From contig JARFYF010000084.1 in NCBI GenBank assembly GCA_030265395.1, positions 23,302,058-23,366,057 on the forward strand: 64,000 nt of DNA, in the 5' to 3' direction. The notes beneath the pieces were generated by a model. It was not told the origin of the DNA. It saw nothing but the letters and a program-made list of their open reading frames with translations, and ran no database searches. A program made the translations under genes and the position numbers. Shown here in pieces: positions 13,500 to 26,454 of the stretch. Position 1 is the stretch's first letter. Each line of letters opens with the position of its first letter. Source of the stretch: Rhina ancylostomus (lineage: Eukaryota).

Positions 13500-14030
13500 A
13501 ATCATGGAATCCTGCAGCTCTGAAGGAAGCTAATTCAGCTCATTGTGTGTATGTTAGTTCTTTGAAAGCTACCCAGCAAGTGTCACAACCCTGCTGTTTT
13601 TTCTAACAACTCTATAAATTTCTCTTTAGATACATATCATGTCAAAAGTTAGTGTTGAGTCATAGAATAATACAGCAGGCCCTTCAGCCCACTATGTCCA
13701 TGCCAACCATCAAGTACCCACCTGTACTAATCCGATTTACCAGTACTTAGTTCATATCTTCCTATGCATTGATGCTTCAGGATCATCTAAATACTTGTTC
13801 AATATTGTGATTGTATTTGCCTCCACTGTGCACTCAGACAGTGTGTTTCAGATTTCAGTTATTCTCTGGGTGGAAAAGTTCTTTCTCAGATCCCCTCTAA
13901 ATTTCTGACCCCTTACCCTAAACCTATGTCTTCTAATTTGAGACACATCTGTTACGCTTGAACCTGACACTGCCATGCTTTCAGGCAGTACACTTCAGAT
14001 TGTAACTGTCCACTGAGCATAAGTATTCTC
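13500..14030 (-). mobile_element. Nested CR1 3'-tail fragments
   Basis: gcaggcccttcagcccactatgtccatgccaacc...ctctgggtggaaaagttctttctcagatcccctctaaa, repeated at many other loci in the window. Confidence 0.7.
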
Positions 14031-14119
14031 TGTCCTGGGACTTTTGAAAGTGAAATGTGACTTGGACTTGGTGCAGGTTTGGATGTGGGCAGCTAAGTTT
14101 TGATGACCTCATGTTTGTA

Positions 14120-14330
14120 GAGAGTGGAATGAGGTAGACCAATGAGAAGCTGATTAAAATGATAATCTCTTCAGGTACAAAGGCCTGAATGAGAGTTTCA
14201 GCAGCAGATGAACTGAGATGGAGGCAGAGTCAGACAAAATTATGGAGGTAGAATTAGAAAGCTTTGACATGTAGTCCTGAGCTTAACTCATGGGCAAGTA
14301 TTACATCAAGGAGGAATAGACCTCATTTTC
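14120..14330 (-). mobile_element. L2-like LINE fragment
   Basis: The reverse complement ctcagttcatctgctgctgaaactctcattcaggcctttgtacct matches the + strand copy at ~34225-34270. Confidence 0.55.
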
Positions 14331-14404
14331 CATTTAGGCCTGTTGCAGCTTACTGGACTCAGTACTAAATTGTGCAACTTTAGCTAACTTGACTTCTCGG
14401 TCTG

Positions 14405-14560
14405 TGTCAGTCATCCACAGATGAAGGATCTCGACCCGAAATGTTGACTGCCCATTTCCCTCCACAGATGATATCTGACCCTTTGAGTTCCTCCAGCAGT
14501 TTGTTTTTTCCCCCCAGGATTTTCTGTTTTTATTTCAGATTTCCAGCATCTGCAGGTTTT
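14405..14560 (+). mobile_element. Penelope-derived terminal repeat with decayed hammerhead motif
   Basis: cagatgaaggatctcgacccgaaatgttgactg...gagttcctccagcagtttg...tttcagatttccagcatctgcag. Confidence 0.75.
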
Positions 14561-16569
14561 TATTTTGATTTTTAACTTGCAAGTGAACCATTTCAGTTTC
14601 TGACAATTACCACAAGAGGAATGGAGCTGGTGACTGGAGAACAAAGTTTGTGATGGGAAGTTAAGATAATGGCTTTGGTTTTCGAAATGTTACAGTAAAT
14701 CTCTGTTCATCCAGTATTGGAAATTAGAACTTGCTGTTGACTTTCAGAGAAATATAGATACTTGAAGATATGGATCAAGCTACAGTCAAGTTCAGGGTAC
14801 CTGCATTTGTGGCAAAATGTGAAAGGTTCTGACCTTGTCATTTTTTTGGCATTTTCCCAACAATATGTCTATGTTACAGTCCAGCAGCAAAGCACAAAAG
14901 AGCAGTGATTCCTCATCATTTACACTGAGGAAGCTGCCTGAGCATCCCGTGCCAGTTTAGAGTTGACACTGATTTTAATGGAAAGGAAGTTCTCCACTGG
15001 ACTAACTAATTTAGTTAATTTACATTTCTTTAATTGCTTTGTTTTGTTTACTTGTCTTTTACTAGTCTTTTGCTCTATTTTTAATGATTTGGATATGTAT
15101 AATAACTTTCAAACATTTTAGTATATTTCCGTATATTTCTGAATCTCAGAAAAGTTCAAAAATTGGTTAAATAGTTTTCTTTTGCAGCTTTGACATCTGG
15201 CTAAGCCAAAGGCATGGCATAGATGGTTGTCAAAGGTATTTTTTTCAACACTCACATGACAGGATTTATGCCCAGAAGGCCCTGTTACTACGCAAGGCCT
15301 TGCTATTGAGGACAGAGCCAATTTTGTGGAGCACATTGGCCTCAAGAGATCCATCTATCTCAGTATGGATTTTTTTTCTGTCAGTCAGTAGTGAGTTCAG
15401 GCTACCATATAAAATCCTCTCAGCAAAAGATGCTCTCACACACTTTACAGTAGANNNNNNNNNNNNTATGTGTTGTACACATTTAAAACTGACCTGACAC
15501 TGATGTTCTTCGAGATAATGTATGCACAGTTTTGGCAACCTTGCCATCTTTATGAGTGCACTAAATGTTTGAGATGCAAGGGATTCTTAGAATGCTGAAA
15601 TTTCAGTAAACCTGTAACAAGTTGACCAGCATCTGAAAGAGAAAAATCATATTTTTGTTGGAGAGTTTATCAAAACTTCTCACTGAATATTCTACCCAAA
15701 GCAGTAACAATTTTTTTGAAACCCACTGATCTGTGCATCACTGATATTAACTTTTGGCAGATATTGGTAGATTACTTATTTCCTTGTTCTCAGTGCTTCA
15801 GGTCATAACTTTGGTTTATATTTTGTGTTTATACAGAGTCATCCATGCAGGTGCTTAGTCTGTTATTAGCTTTCACATAATAGTGGTATCATTTGCCAAA
15901 TCTGAATGTTAATTCTCAGCCTTTGTCCATTTCACTCTCAGATGTTTTTCATTTGTTTTTTTTCCCCAGTATATTTGTGCTATTACAATTTAAGCATACC
16001 AGTTAAAGAATATATTGTTGTTCCATTGCAGTTTTCTCAGTGTTTTTAGACCACATTGCATTTCTTAACATGATTACATTGATATCTTTTGATGATTGAT
16101 CAGTATTCAAAATTTCCCATTGGATTCCTTAATGTATAGAGTTCATTGTTCTTTTATAAAATCCAGAATGCTTCTGAAGATTTTTGACTACTTGATTCTG
16201 TGGTCTGTGCTGGTATCTTCTGAATTTGGATAGGTACTGTTTTGTGATAGTTGATTAAATGTTAAGGAATACTGAAAGTCTGATTCTCTTTCCAGAATTA
16301 TGTCAATGGAGTCAATTTAGATGCAATTGTGAATGAAATGCTTTGGTGAAGATACAAAGTATTCAGTTTATCAAACCTATGCTAGAACTTTTCTATTTGA
16401 TCCACCTAGCCTAAATTTTATTCTTTTTTTGCTTTCCATAGCCTTTATTTATTCATGAGGGTTATTTTGACTTCTTCTATTAGTATGAAACTCTTCGGGT
16501 GAATTATCAGCTTGTTTTATGTTTGTTCCTTTTTATTTATCTCCCTCAGATCCTAGAGATCAGCTTTCA

Positions 16570-16930
16570 TAATTCTGTCATGTCCAAAGGTGTTCTACAA
16601 ATAATGAACTACATTTTGAGGTGTATTTTTTGTTGGAACATGTAACGTGGTAGGCAGTTTGAATATCTCAATTGCAATGGGACAGTAACCTGTTAAAATA
16701 TAATTGGCCGTGTGCAGTTTGTTGAAGGAAAACTCTACAGCTGTTCTTCAGAATTTTCTATGTAATAAGGCCTCAGTCTTATCTGAACGAGACCAACTTT
16801 AACACTGTAGCACTTGCTCTCGTGCCGCACTGTAGTTTCAGACCAGACAATGTTTTCAGGAAGTGGAGCTTAAACTCAGTCTTCTGACTCTGAAAGATGT
16901 GGTGATCTACAGAACTACAGCTGGCAACTA
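16570..16930 (-). mobile_element. Decayed Deu-domain (SacSINE1/AmnSINE-like) SINE
   Basis: Remembered consensus landmarks: aattggcc, ctgttcttcagaa, gcactgtagtttcag, ttctgactctgaaag. Shares sequence with 27950-28250 and 37000-37125. Confidence 0.5.
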
Positions 16931-17869
16931 ATATTGTGCTGTTTGTGTTTTTTGTCAGATAAATATCTAATGTACTTTTGCTACTCAATCTAGGTGTTTG
17001 GAGCCATATCCAGATAATTCTCTTAATTGTATGCACCCATTTTCTTTTCTCTTGTTCCATCGATTTTATTTTTTATTCTTTTAATTCTGCCTCTCTCACA
17101 ATCGCACACCTGTTTGTATCTTGTATTTGATAGATTCATTTGTTTCCTTTAAGCGTGCAGAAGTGCAGAGAGCCCTTAGGCAGGATTTATCTTCGTTAAC
17201 AGAGCTCTTCCACGTAGGACAAGGTTAACTGGGGTTGCTGAATACTTTGTCCTTGTATATTCTTCCTCCAGCTGAATCACATTCTTGAATCCTTCCTTGT
17301 TGTAACTAATGGTGAACTTTATTTTCAGATCTCAACTTCTATTTCTCTGTGACGTTCTTGTCTTAGAACATGCAACAATATCCTAAGTAAACACAACATA
17401 AATTCATAAATATTCATAATTGGTCTGTGGCATCTCCTGATATAAAGAAGGGCATGAGATATTAGTTGGCTATTCTCAGTGCAATTCTCTTGTAGAATTT
17501 TCTGATGTGTACTATAAGTGTGAAGCATTGATTCAAATGTCATGGAAATTAAACACAGAATTTATTCCTTGTTCTAAAGTTCCTCCACTGCGTCAAAACA
17601 AGTGGCAGTGAATGTCTTTCAAACATTAAATGCTCAATTTGACATGAGTGTCCAAACAGAGAGGTCATCTTTTGATGTCTTGAATTCTTGCTCCTACTCT
17701 GTATTCATAAAAATCTGACTCTACCACTTCCACCATCTCATCCACTCCCCGACTGTGGCGCCTCTTCATCTCACTGCTGATTCTGCTGGCTCTCCTGGAA
17801 ACAACGATCCACCACCACCAGTCCTTGCAATTTTCCTGCTGACTGGCTGCTGCTAGCCTACTTGATCTG

Positions 17870-18160
17870 GAGTCATACAGCACAGAAAATGGGCCCTTTG
17901 GCTTGTCACTTTCATGTCAGCCTTTTTGCCCATCTGCACTAATCCCATTTGCCCGCCATAGGTCCATATCCTTCTTGGTGTTGACTATTTAATTGTCTAT
18001 CAAAATGCTAATGTATTAATTGTATCTGATTCCACTATCTCCACTGCCAGTATTATCCAGATATCAACCATTCGCTGTGTAAAGGAGCTTACCCTCCAAT
18101 CTTTAAAACACCTTTCTCTCACTTAAACCTGTGCCCTCGTGTTTTTGATACCCCTACCAA
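17870..18160 (-). mobile_element. CR1 3'-tail fragment
   Basis: gagtcatacagcacagaaaatgggccctttggc...ctaatcccatttgcccgc. Confidence 0.7.
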
Positions 18161-19399
18161 TTCACAGCACTGAAGGGTGTCATTCAGCTGTTTATGCTAT
18201 TTTAGACTAGACTGTTCCCAGCTCTCAGGCATAGCTCTGTAGGTTAAGGAACTTCAAGGCCTTACCAATTTTTTTTTACAAAATGTATTGAAGGATTTTG
18301 ATTCCATCATCAGTTCAGGCAGCAAATTCCATATCCTAACCACTGATTTGAAAATATTTTTTCTCAACACTAATTTCTCTACCATTTTCCTTAATTTTTT
18401 GTGTCCTGGTAGTTGACCTCTCTGCAGAGGCAAATAACTTCTTCTTTTTCACCTGATCTTAAGCCTCTCATAATTTTAATTCAACAAATGCCTCTTTATT
18501 GTTAAGGTTTTTAAAATCTTAAAGTAGTAGCTTCTAAACACTTAAAGTTAGCAACGGCTGTAGATTGGTTGGCAACATTGCCCTGCCACTCAGTTTACAT
18601 TGTTTACGTGCCATTTTAAATTTGGTTTGACTGGTGACCAAAGCTGCCCTGGAAGTCTCAAAAAATTCCAAAGGCCTTGCCCATTTTACAAATTATTTCT
18701 TCACACTCTCAGCACAGTATAAGTGATACTTCCTGTGGCTGACCTAAATTAGAAGCTTTTTTTTTTGGCTCTTGGTTATCCATATTTTAAGGAAGTGATT
18801 CAAGCCTAGAATTAGATTTTCAGTTACTCTATTGAAAATACAGTCACTTGTGAAACTGTCAATCTTAATCACTTGTATCATTGTTGCTTCACAAGCTTCA
18901 AGCATCCCTTGCATTCTCAGCTGGCAATTCATTTGGCAATCTTAATGGTACTGAGGCTTATAGAAATTTATACCACGTAATGACATTGGGCCCATTGTGT
19001 TCATCCTAGCAGAAAAAAGATTAATATATTTCCCAGCTAGCCTTCTGTCTATAACACTGCAGTTTATTGCTCTTCAGGTACTTATTCAGATAACTTTTAA
19101 ACCTTCAGAGGGTTTCTGTCTCCTCCATCTTGACAGGCAGTATGCTCCAGACCGCCATGATTCTTTCGGTGAAATAACTGAGTCAATGCTTCTCTAATCT
19201 TTCTCCCAATTTCTAATCTGTGGCTGCTTATACTGACCACACTGCTAAAAGAAACGGGTCTTTTCTGTTAACATTGCTTTGGTCTCTTATAATTTTGCAT
19301 GAGTAATGAATTAACATTTGTATCTGAGGTTATAACTACAGCACAGATGCTTCATAGTTTTCTCATTTTTGTTTTACTCACACCAAACCAAAACCTGGG

Positions 19400-19562
19400 T
19401 CTACCTATTGCCTGCCAGCTCTTGCTCCACCCCTTCCTTTGTATACTGGCTGTCATCCCTCTTTCAATCCAGATGAAGGATCTCAACTGGAAACATCTAC
19501 TATCCATTTCTCCCCCACAGACACTGTCCGATCTGCTGAGTTCCTGTTTTTTGTGTGTTGCT
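19400..19562 (+). mobile_element. Penelope-derived terminal repeat
   Basis: ccagatgaaggatctcaactggaaacatctac...gatctgctgagttcct..ttttgtgtgttgct. Confidence 0.65.
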
Positions 19563-19764
19563 ACAGCACTTCACTATCTTAAAACCAGATGATCTAAATT
19601 AAAAGCACAAACATGTATCACTTAACCAAGAAAAAGAAACTCAAGTGAGGTGGGATTCAGAATGGAAGAAGACAGTGATAGACTCGGTTCCATGCTGAGT
19701 TTAACTTTGTATAAATCTTGACAGCTTTTTTATATTAAAAAAAAGCAGTGGTGGAAACATGAAA

Positions 19765-19895
19765 TATAAACACAAAATGCTAGAAACATTTGGCACGTCA
19801 GGCAAAATCAATGGAGAGTACAACAGAGTTAATGTTTCATGTTGAAGGGTCTTCAACCTGCTTAGTGTTTCCAGCATTTTCTATTTTAGCTTCAG
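19765..19895. mobile_element. Short fold-back Penelope-derived element
   Basis: Inverted arms aaaatgctagaaaca / tgtttccagcatttt. Confidence 0.55.
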
Positions 19896-20747
19896 TCTTC
19901 ATTTAAAGCTTGCCTGTGCAATGTAAAGACAGTTTTTTGTCAGTTGGTGTATCTCTTGGATTCCAGTACTTCTGAGTTTGTTGTCTTCCTCGATATTATC
20001 GATAGAAGTAGAGGAACATGCCACGCAGTTGAAAGGCACAGGGACAGGCCAGAGCAGGACTTGAACATCCTCTGGCTGCACAGGTGCACACTTGCAGTAA
20101 GGTTTGGATCGGCAGGTTGCTGATGAAAGCACCAGAACACCATTATCATCTCCATCTTCCTGCCTTGCAGCTGGCCTTCTATGAATACTTCAGCCCTCTT
20201 CCTGGTCCCTCCAGTCCAGAGCCACATATCCCCAAGGACAGATGAGGGAAATCAATTAATCCCTCCACTCGACCATCCAAATTAAATGCTTCTTCCTCGC
20301 GCACGTGTATAAGTAAGAAATGTTGAACTAATTTGGCCTTTTTTTCACGTTATTACATGTGGTGCACAGTGGAAATAATTTCAATGACACTCATTTGCAT
20401 ATGTTTTAATATTCTTAACTAGCATCAGATTGTATCAGCTTCATTAGACTTTTTAAAATATTTTTTCTCAGTGCCATTATTATTCAGGCCATTAGTTACT
20501 GATTATTCCCCATTACTATTTCAAATAGCATGCATGCCAAGGCATAAGCTACAGCAGTTGCACCAGAATGAGCCAATAGTTGAGATGCTGTAATGTGTGC
20601 GCACTTTAAGTTATTACTTGCGTCTCTGAGTCCAATATAAATCTGTGCACAACGTTATGAAAAATCCACAAGCAGACAGTATCAAATTTCTTTAAAAGCA
20701 CATAGCCACAGATGCTGTAAATCTGAAACAGAAACAAAAAATACAGG

Positions 20748-20930
20748 AAATGAGCTGCCAGAAGAAGTGGTAGAGATGGGTGTAATTACAATGTCTATAA
20801 GTTATTTGGACCAGGACATGGATTGGAAAGGTTTAGAGAGATATGGGCCAAATGCAGGCTAGCATTTTGGTTGGCATGGCCGAGTTAGGCTGAAGGGCCT
20901 CTTTTTGTGCTGTATAACTGACTCTATGAA
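20748..20930 (+). mobile_element. CR1 3' tail inserted into a reverse-strand Penelope-derived fragment (~20705-21000)
   Basis: gagctgccagaagaagtggtagag...ggctgaagggcctctttttgtgctgtataactgactctatga, flanked by gatgctgtaaatctgaaac and tcagcatccatggagagag. Confidence 0.7.
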
Positions 20931-21469
20931 ATATTCATCAGATCAGTCAGCATCCATGGAGAGAGCATGTCAGTATTTCTGGTCAATGAAGCTTCATCGG
21001 GATAGTTCAGACCTTAAACCCCTTGCCTTGGATGATGCCAAGTGTCCATTGTCATGCTTTTGAAAATGTATATAGTAGATGAATACCATGAATGACACTG
21101 ATTCCCAGAGTTTGTGTTGACCTTTACAGATGTGTGCCGTCAAGTGGTGAGTCACTAGAAATCTTAAATGTAGAATAGACAGATTTCTCTGGATGACTTT
21201 AATGTTGCACAGGTTTATTTGCTTTTACTGGGAAGATAATTTTGTCATTGTTGTTCAGTGAAATTTGCAGTCAAAACTTTCGAATTTGTATGTGGAGCAT
21301 TTTACAGTTTCTCGAGTGGAATATGATATTGGTTTTGAAAATTGCAAATTCACTCTTGGTAGAATCACTGTTGAATGTTTAGAACTGTGCAAGAACACAG
21401 GTTTGCCCCATTTCTGTATTTCCTCTAATGTAAAAGGAAGCTATTTTGGACCACTAAGTTGTGCTGGCT

Positions 21470-21740
21470 CACATTGCAATCCCACTACCCAGCTAATTTT
21501 CCCTCCAGCCTACTCTCACCACATCTCTGTCAACTTTTCCCCAAATTCTGCTACTCACCTACACACTATGAATAATTTATGGTGTCCAGTAAACTTCCCA
21601 ACCCATCACATCTATGTGAGAGCCCTTGCAGTCACAGGAAGAACATGCAGACTCCACACAGAGAACAGAAAGTCAGGATTGAATGTGGGTCAGTGGAGCT
21701 CTTAGGCTGCAGATCTACTAGTTGTCCCACTGCACTGCCT
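21470..21740 (-). mobile_element. V-SINE (HE1-like), decayed
   Basis: gtcacaggaagaacatgcagactccacaca is the reverse complement of the V-domain tgtgtggagtttgcatgttct. tRNA-like head near 21670-21740. Confidence 0.7.
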
Positions 21741-21987
21741 GTAACTCTTAAGTTAATTGTTAAATCTAAGTTAGGTTAGCAGAGGCAGACCTGCTGCAGT
21801 TAGTGCCTCATTGCCAGAGGTCAAAATATCTAGTTTGCACTCGTATTGCTCCTGCTTGAAAGTGTCTGTGCATTTTCAACAAGGATTGGATTTGAGGTTT
21901 ATAGGAATTGGGGTTCACTGAACTCAATAGTCTTGGTGCAGAGAATGTAAGAAATATCTAAGTAAAGTGCAAAAATTCATTTGGTAA

Positions 21988-22077
21988 TTAATGGAAATAA
22001 TGGAATGAATAACTTTGGATAAACTCTGGATTTTAATGGAAATAATGGAATGAATAACTTTGGATAAACTCTGGATT
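21988..22077. repeat. Perfect 45-bp tandem duplication
   Basis: ttaatggaaataatggaatgaataactttggataaactctggatt occurs twice in tandem. Confidence 0.95.
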
Positions 22078-22389
22078 TTTTTTATTTTCAGTACACAAAG
22101 TCAACTTTCTGTCTCATAATAAATCCTTCAAAAGGATTTATTATGAGGAAAAAGAGAGACTTCTTTAGTAGGGAGACTTAGTGGATTAAACTGCTGAATA
22201 TTAATATTGAACTATGAAATTTCTGTGACCTGAAGTGTTAACTCTGTTTCTCTTTTGGCAGATACTGCCTGACCTACTGAGTGTTTCCAGTATTTTTTGA
22301 TTTTATTTGTGAAGATGCATTTTTACGTTTATTCCGAATTTATTAAGCTTAGCTGAGATAAGGTTTGAAGTTTTCTAAATGCTACCCTA

Positions 22390-22870
22390 CAATTGTTGCA
22401 GCACAGAAAGAAACCACTTGGTCCATGAAGTCTGTGCCAGCTCTTTGTAGAGTAATTAAACCAGTTCCATTCCCTGTGTGGTCCTTTAAGAGTTTTATTT
22501 TCCAATCCTCATCTAATTCCCTTCTGAAAGCCACAGCTGAATTTGTATTCATCATAGTTTCAGGCAGTACTTTTCGCAATTATTCTTCACTGTGTAGAAA
22601 TAATACAAAATTTTCTTTGTGTCAACCATGGATAACTCGTAAATGACTTTAAATTGGTGTTCTATGATCCTTGTATCCTTTGTTAATGAGAGCATTTTCT
22701 CTCGATTTCCCTTGCCTAAATCCATCAGTTTTGGATACAAATCATCCCTTAATATTCCGCCTCAAAGAGAATAATCCCAGATTTTCTTGTTTGACCTTGT
22801 AACTTTAATTCATCATCCCTGGAACCATTGTAGAAAATCCTTATCCCTGGAATCATTCCAGTAAGAAACA
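22390..22870 (-). mobile_element. Decayed CR1 3' region
   Basis: ORFs 22382..22579 (NSAVAFRRELD) and 22552..22740 resemble the CR1 ORF2 end and 3' UTR. Confidence 0.65.
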
Positions 22871-23649
22871 TTAGTATTCATGTGGATAATGAAGGGACCA
22901 GAGAGAAAAGGATAGTGTTCAGAAGTACAACTTCTTGTGAAACCCTGATATTATGACCCCTCTCTGAAAGATGTATTCTCAATGACTAATACAATTGTGG
23001 TTTTGGAGAATGTGTATTAACAGATTCTGAATGAAGGAGGAATCAGTTGAGTCATGCCAGAAATCAATTTCCTGTACGTTTGTTTGACAGGTTTGTGTTG
23101 CAATTTGGAATTAAGAAAATTATAATTAGTGCTTCTAGTCGAGATCCATTAGAACAACAAAAGGTCTTCCAAACCAAATTTGAAGTTTCCACAGCAGGTA
23201 CCTTTGAAGATAATGAATATTATGTTATTACGGTGCAAGTTATGCAAGGATATTTCAATAGATGAAATGTTTCCTCAGGATAATTATTTTTCTTCTCAAT
23301 TTCTGCTTTTACAATTTTTAAGAGACAGAATTGATAAATTCACTGTGCCAGCTATTGATTGGCCTTCATTTAGATCATTGCGTATCTCGTTCCTTTTCTT
23401 GGCTTTAGTTTTAAAATATGAGCAACTCTGGGGTAAGCACTGATAAACAGAAAAGATAAAATCTTATGAAAATTCTATACTGCCTTTGGTAATTTCTTTG
23501 CTCTGGAGAGCTTGTGTTCATAGAGGTGTTGGAGCAATTTGTTGCGAAGGGGTCAGAGTGGATATGAGAGGGTGAGGTGAAGTGAGAAAGTGCCAAACAG
23601 AAAGAAGCTAGAAGCAGGGGTCGCGAAGGAATAAATTAAGTTATTACAG

Positions 23650-25200
23650 AGTATTCACCCCTTGCTGTTCCCCAGATTCGAATGGTTGGTTCCAATTTCA
23701 TAATCCCTCCATCAGGCAGCAAGTGTGACTCTGAACTTCCCTGCCCTGTTCTTGTGGCCACAGTATTTATGTGGCTGGCCCAGATGAGTTTCTGGTCAAT
23801 GGTGACTCAGTGATGAAAATGCTATTGAATATCAAAGGTAGCTAGTTATATTGGAACCTACAGTCTCAAAAGTAAAGAACTCTGAACACAGTCTGGCAGG
23901 AAAGGATTTTATTTACAAAGACAAACAAGGGAAAATGGTAACAGGAATAACACACGCACAGTNNNNNNNNNNNNNNNNNNNNNNNNNNNNNNNNNNNNNN
24001 NNNNNNNNNNNNNNNNNNNNNNNNNNNNNNNNNNNNNNNNNNNNNNNNNNNNNNNNNNNNNNNNNNNNNNNNNNNNNNNNNNNNNNNNNNNNNNNNNNNN
24101 NNNNNNNNNNNNNNNNNNNNNNNNNNNNNNNNNNNNNNNNNNNNNNNNNNNNNNNNNNNNNNNNNNNNNNCAGTGCAGGCACTTCTCTGTGCACTAGGGA
24201 CACGAACTAAGATGATCCCAATCCTTAACAGTGCATACCTCACCAATGATTTCTCCAGCGCCGTTTCACAGTACTCGGCCTGGAGTGAAGCAGTATGAAT
24301 CCCTCGGAGCAGACAAAGAGAGAGAGCCGAGCATGTGGCACTCTTTGTACTGCTGGAGGGCTGGGGTTCCAGCCCAGGTAATTTACAAAGGCCAGTGGTC
24401 AGGTGTGCACTGATGGATGGGGCCAAACCTTGATTGGCAGTAGTGTGTCTTCCGACCAGGTAGGGCCAATGCTGTCACGTGACAGCCACGACCGTCCACA
24501 ATACAGAGGTCTGGAGCCAGTGAATCCCAAACTCTGCATTGGTGAGCAGGTGTTTTTAAAGTGCTGTCTGATAGTACTGTCCACGATACATTCCATGACT
24601 TTGCTGATGATTAGAAGTAAGCTGAATGAAAGGCAGTTAGCCAAATTGGAGTTATCTAGTTTTTTGTGGACATTGTTAGGTAAGTATACTGAAACAATTT
24701 GACTAGAGGCGGAGCTGTTTCTGGACTGCTGATTTTCAATCCCACATCAGGGATGTTGACTGTTCCCATAGCCTTTGCTGTATCCAGTGCTTTCAGCCAT
24801 TTTTTAATGTTATGTGNNNNNNNNNNNNNNNNNNNNNNNNNNNNNNTGTGAACATGGGGGATGGAGCATCCACTTGGAACTTCTGCATAAATGTGGTTTC
24901 AGCCCCCTCTTTAGTGCATTTGTGTGCTCAGTGCTGCAGTTGAGGATGGGGAAACTCTTGGTTCCACTTTCTCTTGTTAGTTGTTCAGTCATGATGAGGT
25001 ATGGCTGGACTGCAGAGCTTTGATAAATGGGATTGCTTGGTTCTGTCAATTATATGCTGGTTTTGCTTCAGATGAATATTTCAGATTTCTGGTCTTCCAC
25101 TTTACACATTTATGGAGAGGTTACAATTGGGCTGCCAGTCTTTCTCAAGAATGTGACTGAGCCACAAGAGATGTTGGTAAGTCAGGCACATTCTCATGTT
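23650..25200 (-). mobile_element. Decayed CR1/L2-group LINE (second subfamily) with an unrelated insert around the 23963-24170 gap
   Basis: gtttctggtcaatggtgac motif shared with 33660-33690 and 47238-47275. ORF 24399..24644 ANCLSFSLLLIISKVMECIVDSTIRQH...QSLGF matches the RT N-terminal motif NYRPISLL..ISKVME. Confidence 0.6.
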
Positions 25201-26151
25201 CCTATCAGTCATGTAAAAAATGCTGAAGGAAAATGTTGGTTTTCAAGTACATGTATTCCCTAAGGGTTTGAATGGCAGATGTCTTGGAGAAAATACAAGA
25301 AATCTTTCAGAATTGAAAGATAACCTGCCTCAGAATCTTTTCACTGTTGTTTGTGCTGGAGATCTTATTGTATTTTCCACAATGTCTTAAAATGACAGTG
25401 AAAAGATTAGAAATGGTTGTGAGGGTGACTCTGCTATCCAAGTCAATAGCTGAGAGTGGATGTCCCACCTCATTTGAGGATTAGACTGTGTTTGCAGCTG
25501 GATTCTGCATTGATCTGTGAAAAATTGATGCCATATAATGTTCCTCGAAGGAAGAGAAGATTGTTCAGTTTCTTGGGATCCTGAGGATGGCGCGGAGAGT
25601 TGGGTGTTTATTTTGTGCTTAAAATTCACCATCAGAGATATACAGCAGAAGAGAGAGCATAACTTTCTGTCTCTTTATCTATACAGTTCATCTGGAGGCA
25701 CTGCTAAACCCATCCTTTGATATAATGCATCCATGAGCTTTTTTTGATCTTGAATGTTGTTACTAAATATGGCATATTTACATATAATGTTGCTGACTCA
25801 TTTTATATCAGAATCTCCTGAAATAGATGACCCGATTCTGTTTGCAAATATTGTGGTTCCGAGCAGAATTAAACTGATTCCTAATTGAAACCACTCTATA
25901 TTAAAGTCCTAATATGGCTGCCCTTTAAATGTTAGGAGAGCAATGTGATCATTCGAGTTCCCTCTGCCTATTTTTAAGCAACTTTTAAAGCAACCATCAA
26001 TCCATTTCTATGCTTCAGATCAAAGTTGACAATGTACTTAGAATCCAAATGATACAACACGGAAAGAGGTCATTCAGCCTGATGTGCCCATGTTAGCTGT
26101 CTGAAGGAACGAGCCAATCTGTGCCATTCTCTTGTTATTTCCCAGTGTGCT

Positions 26152-26392
26152 AGGCCTGGGTTCAATTCCGGCCACTGTCTCTAAGGAGTTTGTATGTTCT
26201 CCCCATGTCTATGTGGGTTTCCTCTGGGTGCTCCCCTTTCCTCCCACGTTCTAAAGACATACAGGTTAGGAAGATGTGGGCATGCTGTGTTGGCACCGGA
26301 AGCGAGATGACTCTTGCGGGCTGCCCCCAGAACACTCTACTCAAAAGATGTACTTCACTGTGTGTTTTGATGTACGTATGACTAATAAAGAT
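26152..26392 (+). mobile_element. V-SINE, 5'-truncated
   Basis: B-box gggttcaattcc and V-domain ggagtttgtatgttctccccatgtctatgtgggtttcctctgggtgctcc. Collinear with 60720-61150. Confidence 0.87.
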
Positions 26393-26454
26393 AGCTTATT
26401 CTTCTCCTTCAAAGCTCATGAGTTTCTAGCTTGCAGGCTTATAATGTCCAATGA

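Noticed and set aside
17150-17543. Two adjacent minus-strand open frames (…LRQERHREIEVEI and LKIKFTISYNKEG…) plus a 10-bp stem at 17217-17252
   Set aside because: Joining them needs a frameshift, no family is recognised, and the stem is too short and asymmetric for a pre-miRNA.
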